Of a stretch of 64,000 bases of DNA, positions 60,196-64,000 are shown piece by piece. Numbering within the stretch: the first letter of the stretch is position 1; each line of letters opens with the position of its first letter. The stretch is from Clostridiaceae bacterium (GTDB lineage: Bacteria > Bacillota > Clostridia > Saccharofermentanales > DTU023): NCBI GenBank assembly GCA_012518795.1, contig JAAYRL010000006.1:7-64006 (forward strand). The letters are read 5' to 3'. The notes beneath the pieces are model-generated. The model was not told the origin of the DNA. It searched no databases and worked only from the letters and a program-made list of their open reading frames with translations. The position numbers and the translations under genes are program-made.

Positions 60196-63036
60196 TTAAT
60201 TGTTTTCAGCTTCATCTTGACGGAGGTGACAATTTTTGTATTTTTTACCACTACCACACCAACAAGGTTCATTCCTTCCCGGAATAACTTTTTTCTTTAC
60301 CGGTGCCTGTTTAGGTGGTGCTGCAGGTTGACTTTGCCCGGCACCTCTGCCGGCAGCTTTAGCTATATCGAATGCAGTGTTTTGCATACCTTTACGGCTT
60401 TCACTCAATTCTGCCGGAGCTTTTCTGCCTTTCATCTCTCTTGATTGGTCAGTCGTAATTTGAGCTCGCATAATCAAGCGTACAGCATCTTCTTGGATTC
60501 CCATGGTCATCGCTTCAAACATGTCGTAACCTTCACGTTTATATTCAACCACCGGATCATGTTGGGCATATCCACGCATTCCGATACTATCGCGTAAGTT
60601 ATCCATTGCATCAATATGATCCATCCAATGATTATCAACAGCATTGAGTAAGACATATCGTTCTGCTTGATATAAGATTTCTTCTGAACCGAGATCTACT
60701 GCTTTATTTTCTAAAACTTCCAGTGCTTCTTGAATTATTTGATCAGCTATTTCCTCAGGCGATACTGTGCCACTAATCGTTTTTAATTGATTAATACTCG
60801 ATAAATCACCCAAAAGATCTTTTAAACGCGATACTAAAGTTCCAATATCCCATTCGCCGGTATCCGAGGATCCCAAGGTCAAAGAATTTACATTGATTGT
60901 AACAATATCTTGAATATATTTTACAAAATAGGGATGAACATTCTCGCCATGCAAAACTTCTTTTCTTTGTTTGTATATTAAATCACGTTGTTGATTCATA
61001 ACATCGTCATATTGTAAAACATTTTTCCTGATGCTGAAGTTTTGGGCCTCAACTCTGCGTTGTGCCGACTCAATCGTTCTGGTAAGCATCGGATGCTCGA
61101 TTTCCATATCACTTTCAATACCGAAAGCATTAAAAATCGTCTCCATCCGCTCGCCACCGAACAAGCGCAGCAAATCATCTTCTAACGATAAATAGAATTT
61201 ACTGGTACCCGGATCACCTTGACGTCCGGAACGACCACGTAACTGATTGTCAATTCTGCGTGATTCATGTCTTTCAGTTCCGATAATATATAAACCGCCG
61301 CTATCCACAACTTGTTGTTTCTCATCCGCAATCAATGCTTCAAATTCTTCTTGTAATTCCCGGAAAAGAACTCGCGCATCAAGGATTGTTTGATCGTCAG
61401 TGATATTATATGAATCAGCTTCCTCAATTAATTCTTCGTCATATCCCCGTTTTCTCATTTCCTGTTTTGCCATATATTCAGCATTACCGCCAAGCATAAT
61501 ATCCGTGCCACGTCCGGCCATATTGGTCGAGATAGTAACTGCACCCAAACGTCCTGCTTGCGCAACAATTTCAGCTTCACGTTGATGATGTTTTGCATTT
61601 AATACATTGTGTTTAATTCCGGCCTTAGTAAATAAAGCAGATATAACTTCTGATTTCTCAACTGAAATCGTACCGACCAAAATCGGTTGGCCACTATCAT
61701 GAATTTCTTTAACCGATCTGATTAGTGAACTATACTTTCCGGCTTCAGTTTTGTAAACAGCATCAGATAAATCCTGTCTTATCATCGGTTCATTGGTGGG
61801 TATCTCTACAACATCCAAAGCATAAATTTCTTTAAATTCATCTTCTTCCGTCATTGCAGTACCGGTCATACCGGATAATTTGCGATACATTCTAAAATAA
61901 TTTTGAAAAGTAATCGTTGCCAAAGTCTTGCTTTCTCTTTCGACTTTGACACCTTCTTTAGCTTCAATTGCTTGATGGAGACCGTTACTATAGCGCCTGC
62001 CCGGCATTAAACGACCGGTATTATCATCGACAATAATTACTTCACCACCGTCAACAATGTAGTCCTGATCACGAAACATCGTACCATGAGCCTTCAGGGC
62101 ATTATTAATATGATGATTTATCAAATAATTCTCTTGATCTGTCAAATTTTCTAAGCCGAAAAACTTTTCCGCTTTTTGCACACCACGTTGCGTTAAAATT
62201 GAACTTCTGGCTTTTTCATCAACAATGTAATCCGCATCGCCTTCCAGTTCAGCTCTTTCTTCATAAGTAAGTTTACTGTCAGTTTCTTTAAAGGTTTTAC
62301 CTTTAAGACGTACAATTAATTGATTGGCTTTTTCATATAATTCAGATGATTCGCCACTCGAACCGGAAATAATCAACGGTGTTCTGGCTTCGTCTACCAA
62401 AATACTGTCAACCTCATCAATAATTGCATAATTCAAATCTCGTTGAACCAATTGTTCAACCGAAGTAACCATATTATCTCGTAAATAATCGAAGCCAAAT
62501 TCATTGTTAGTACCATAAGTTATATCGCTATTATATGCTCTCTGTTTCTCCGCTTTTGAAAGACCGCGAATTACCAAGCCTACACTCATACCTAAATATC
62601 GATATATTTTACCCATCCATTCACTGTCACGTTCTGCCAAATAGTCATTGACCGTAACAACATGAACCCCTTTACCGGCTAAAGCATTAAGATAAACCGG
62701 CAAGGTAGCAACCAGAGTTTTACCTTCACCGGTTTTCATTTCAGCTATTCTGCCCTGATGTAAAATAATTCCACCAAGGATTTGAACCGGGAAATGATAC
62801 ATGTCGAGAACTCTGCGGGAAGCTTCTCTGACCGTAGCAAATGCTTCCGGCAATAAATCGTCTAAAGTTTCACCTTGAGACAAACGCTTTTTGAATTTTT
62901 CCGTCTGGCCGCGCAATTCTTGCTCCGACATATTTTTATATTTATCTGCCAAATCCAAAACTTGTTTTTGCAGAGGCATGATTTTTTTGATTTCTCGTTC
63001 TGAGTAAGTACCGAATATTTTTGAAAAAAGTCCCAT
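60196..63036 (-). CDS. secA: Preprotein translocase ATPase SecA
   Basis: 946 aa with MKTGEGKTL and DEVDSILVDEARTPLIISG, plus the C-terminal zinc motif CWCGSGKKYKNCH. Confidence 0.97.
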   Translation of the reverse strand: MGLFSKIFGTYSEREIKKIMPLQKQVLDLADKYKNMSEQELRGQTEKFKKRLSQGETLDDLLPEAFATVREASRRVLDMYHFPVQILGGIILHQGRIAEMKTGEGKTLVATLPVYLNALAGKGVHVVTVNDYLAERDSEWMGKIYRYLGMSVGLVIRGLSKAEKQRAYNSDITYGTNNEFGFDYLRDNMVTSVEQLVQRDLNYAIIDEVDSILVDEARTPLIISGSSGESSELYEKANQLIVRLKGKTFKETDSKLTYEERAELEGDADYIVDEKARSSILTQRGVQKAEKFFGLENLTDQENYLINHHINNALKAHGTMFRDQDYIVDGGEVIIVDDNTGRLMPGRRYSNGLHQAIEAKEGVKVERESKTLATITFQNYFRMYRKLSGMTGTAMTEEDEFKEIYALDVVEIPTNEPMIRQDLSDAVYKTEAGKYSSLIRSVKEIHDSGQPILVGTISVEKSEVISALFTKAGIKHNVLNAKHHQREAEIVAQAGRLGAVTISTNMAGRGTDIMLGGNAEYMAKQEMRKRGYDEELIEEADSYNITDDQTILDARVLFRELQEEFEALIADEKQQVVDSGGLYIIGTERHESRRIDNQLRGRSGRQGDPGTSKFYLSLEDDLLRLFGGERMETIFNAFGIESDMEIEHPMLTRTIESAQRRVEAQNFSIRKNVLQYDDVMNQQRDLIYKQRKEVLHGENVHPYFVKYIQDIVTINVNSLTLGSSDTGEWDIGTLVSRLKDLLGDLSSINQLKTISGTVSPEEIADQIIQEALEVLENKAVDLGSEEILYQAERYVLLNAVDNHWMDHIDAMDNLRDSIGMRGYAQHDPVVEYKREGYDMFEAMTMGIQEDAVRLIMRAQITTDQSREMKGRKAPAELSESRKGMQNTAFDIAKAAGRGAGQSQPAAPPKQAPVKKKVIPGRNEPCWCGSGKKYKNCHLRQDEAENN

Positions 63037-63098
63037 ATATTTGAAGTCTTTCTATATTAAGTAATGTTTGTGTTTTATTTATTGAATAAAATCTCTCA

Positions 63099-63180
63099 TA
63101 TTAACCTTTATTCTCTTATATCAACCTTTATTCTCTTATATCAACCTTTATATCGTTGTATATATGTTGTATATATGTTT
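63099..63180. repeat. 20-bp x3 and 11-bp x2 tandem repeats upstream of secA
   Basis: TATTAACCTTTATTCTCTTA, TATCAACCTTTATTCTCTTA and TATCAACCTTTATATCGTTG (63099-63158), then TATATATGTTG and TATATATGTTT (63159-63180). Confidence 0.85.
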
Positions 63181-63356
63181 ATTTATATTTGATAAGTTTG
63201 ATTTGTTTAGTCTATTTTGAATGTTTTATTCGTATTGTTTTGTTTCTGATTATTTGTTATAAAAATCATCTTAAATGATAGCTTATCAATTTTTATTAAG
63301 CAATTTAATTTAATTCTATTCTACAATTCGTATCTTTAATTATTAATTAATACTAT

Positions 63357-63415
63357 TTTATTAATGTTATTTCTCATTTATTATGTTATTTCTCATTTAT
63401 TAATGTTATTTCACA
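63357..63415. repeat. 20-bp tandem repeat x3 starting 8 nt after the stop of the last ORF
   Basis: TTTATTAATGTTATTTCTCA (63357-76), a 19-bp variant (63377-95), and TTTATTAATGTTATTTCACA (63396-415). Confidence 0.85.
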
Positions 63416-63423
63416 TTATCATA

Positions 63424-64000
63424 TTATTCATTCTTATCAGAATTGTCAGTTTCCGGTTTTGGCAAATAACGATAACTGTTACCTCTTATATCAAATTGTA
63501 TTGTAACACCATTACCGGAAGCATAGGTTTTAATATTATTAAACATCTCAGAATTAATATCATAATCAGAATTGCCAGGTATAACTATAATTAATTTTCG
63601 TTTTGAAATATCGTTTGCAGTTATTTTTCCTATAGACAAACCGGTGTCACGTTCTGAGCCGCTAAAAATTGCTAAATTATTTATCTCTTGTTCAAATTGC
63701 AGTTTTACCTTTTCAGGAGAATTGTAACTCGGAGCAGTTAAGTCAAGACTTCTGACAGCAGTAATTTCTCCTGCTTGATAGCGACAAATAGTCGGATAAT
63801 TAAAAGGCAGGTTAGCTTTATATTGCTCTCGAAAATATTTACCACGTGTAAAATTATGCTGTGACCATATATTATCCTCTGTATCATCGTGTTCATCGTT
63901 CGTCTCATTTTCCAACTGATATTTGCTGTCATATTTTGTCCAAATCGGAACATAACTTATAGCACTTTTTTCAGTCGTTGTCCAAGGAGTTTTTATGTGA
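63424..64000 (-). CDS. C-terminal part of a larger protein of unknown function (5' end beyond the window)
   Basis: The track starts it at TTG 63915, but the frame stays open upstream to position 64000 (my translation: HIKTPWTTTEKSAISYVPIWTKYDSKYQLENETNDEHDD...). The region is AT-rich. The last ~130 aa loosely resemble a polymorphic-toxin-type C-terminal module, but I cannot name a family. Confidence 0.5.
   Translation of the reverse strand, partial: HIKTPWTTTEKSAISYVPIWTKYDSKYQLENETNDEHDDTEDNIWSQHNFTRGKYFREQYKANLPFNYPTICRYQAGEITAVRSLDLTAPSYNSPEKVKLQFEQEINNLAIFSGSERDTGLSIGKITANDISKRKLIIVIPGNSDYDINSEMFNNIKTYASGNGVTIQFDIRGNSYRYLPKPETDNSDKNE

Noticed and set aside
115-64000. Numerous 60-140-aa ORFs antisense to the large genes in the track (e.g. 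932-1186, 8851-9210, 18708-19130, 49522-49815)
   Set aside because: All lie fully inside, or antisense to, well-supported conserved genes. They have low-complexity or odd composition and lack SD sequences, so they are shadow ORFs.
1-64000. Prophage, IS element, integrase or defence-island content
   Set aside because: No transposase, integrase, phage structural, restriction-modification or known defence gene signatures were seen in any frame. The only insertion-like feature is the sigma cassette reported above.

Overview
Low-GC (about 37-40% by eye) Bacillota-like chromosomal segment. I cannot place it more precisely without a search. It is almost entirely housekeeping, and nearly all genes from 1 to 55.6 kb are on the minus strand. 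Contents in order: UDG4-udp-cdd; a BCAA supercluster (leuA-leuC-leuD-leuB, an orphan ABC ATPase, ilvB-ilvN-ilvC-ilvD-ilvA-ilvE) behind one Leu T-box; adhE plus an APH-fold kinase; fba; valS; a DUF303-type esterase; two B12/radical-SAM genes flanking pgi; NfeD-like and DUF975 proteins; a ClpE-type unfoldase; uvrA; a TrmH-family methyltransferase; a higher-GC ECF-sigma two-gene insert; infC-rpmI-rplT; nagB, nagA; a TrpB2-type enzyme; MgtC, Ca-ATPase and CorC; an SbcE/F-like nuclease pair; tkt; a GH13 homolog; secA; and a 5'-truncated ORF. No tRNA, rRNA, CRISPR array, transposase or integrase was seen, and I found no convincing novel protein-coding system. The unexplained signal is non-coding. 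(1) A family of structured intergenic repeats occurs as 82-bp x3 upstream of adhE, 92-bp x3.6 upstream of the infC promoter, and a single copy after tkt, with compensatory stem changes between loci. (2) Short tandem arrays recur at or across gene stop codons (APH-like, valS, TrpB2, DUF975, and near nagB and the last ORF). Also notable are a GH13 homolog with all catalytic motifs substituted and a sigma cassette bracketed by a duplicated terminator hairpin. All calls come from reading the sequence; no searches were run.
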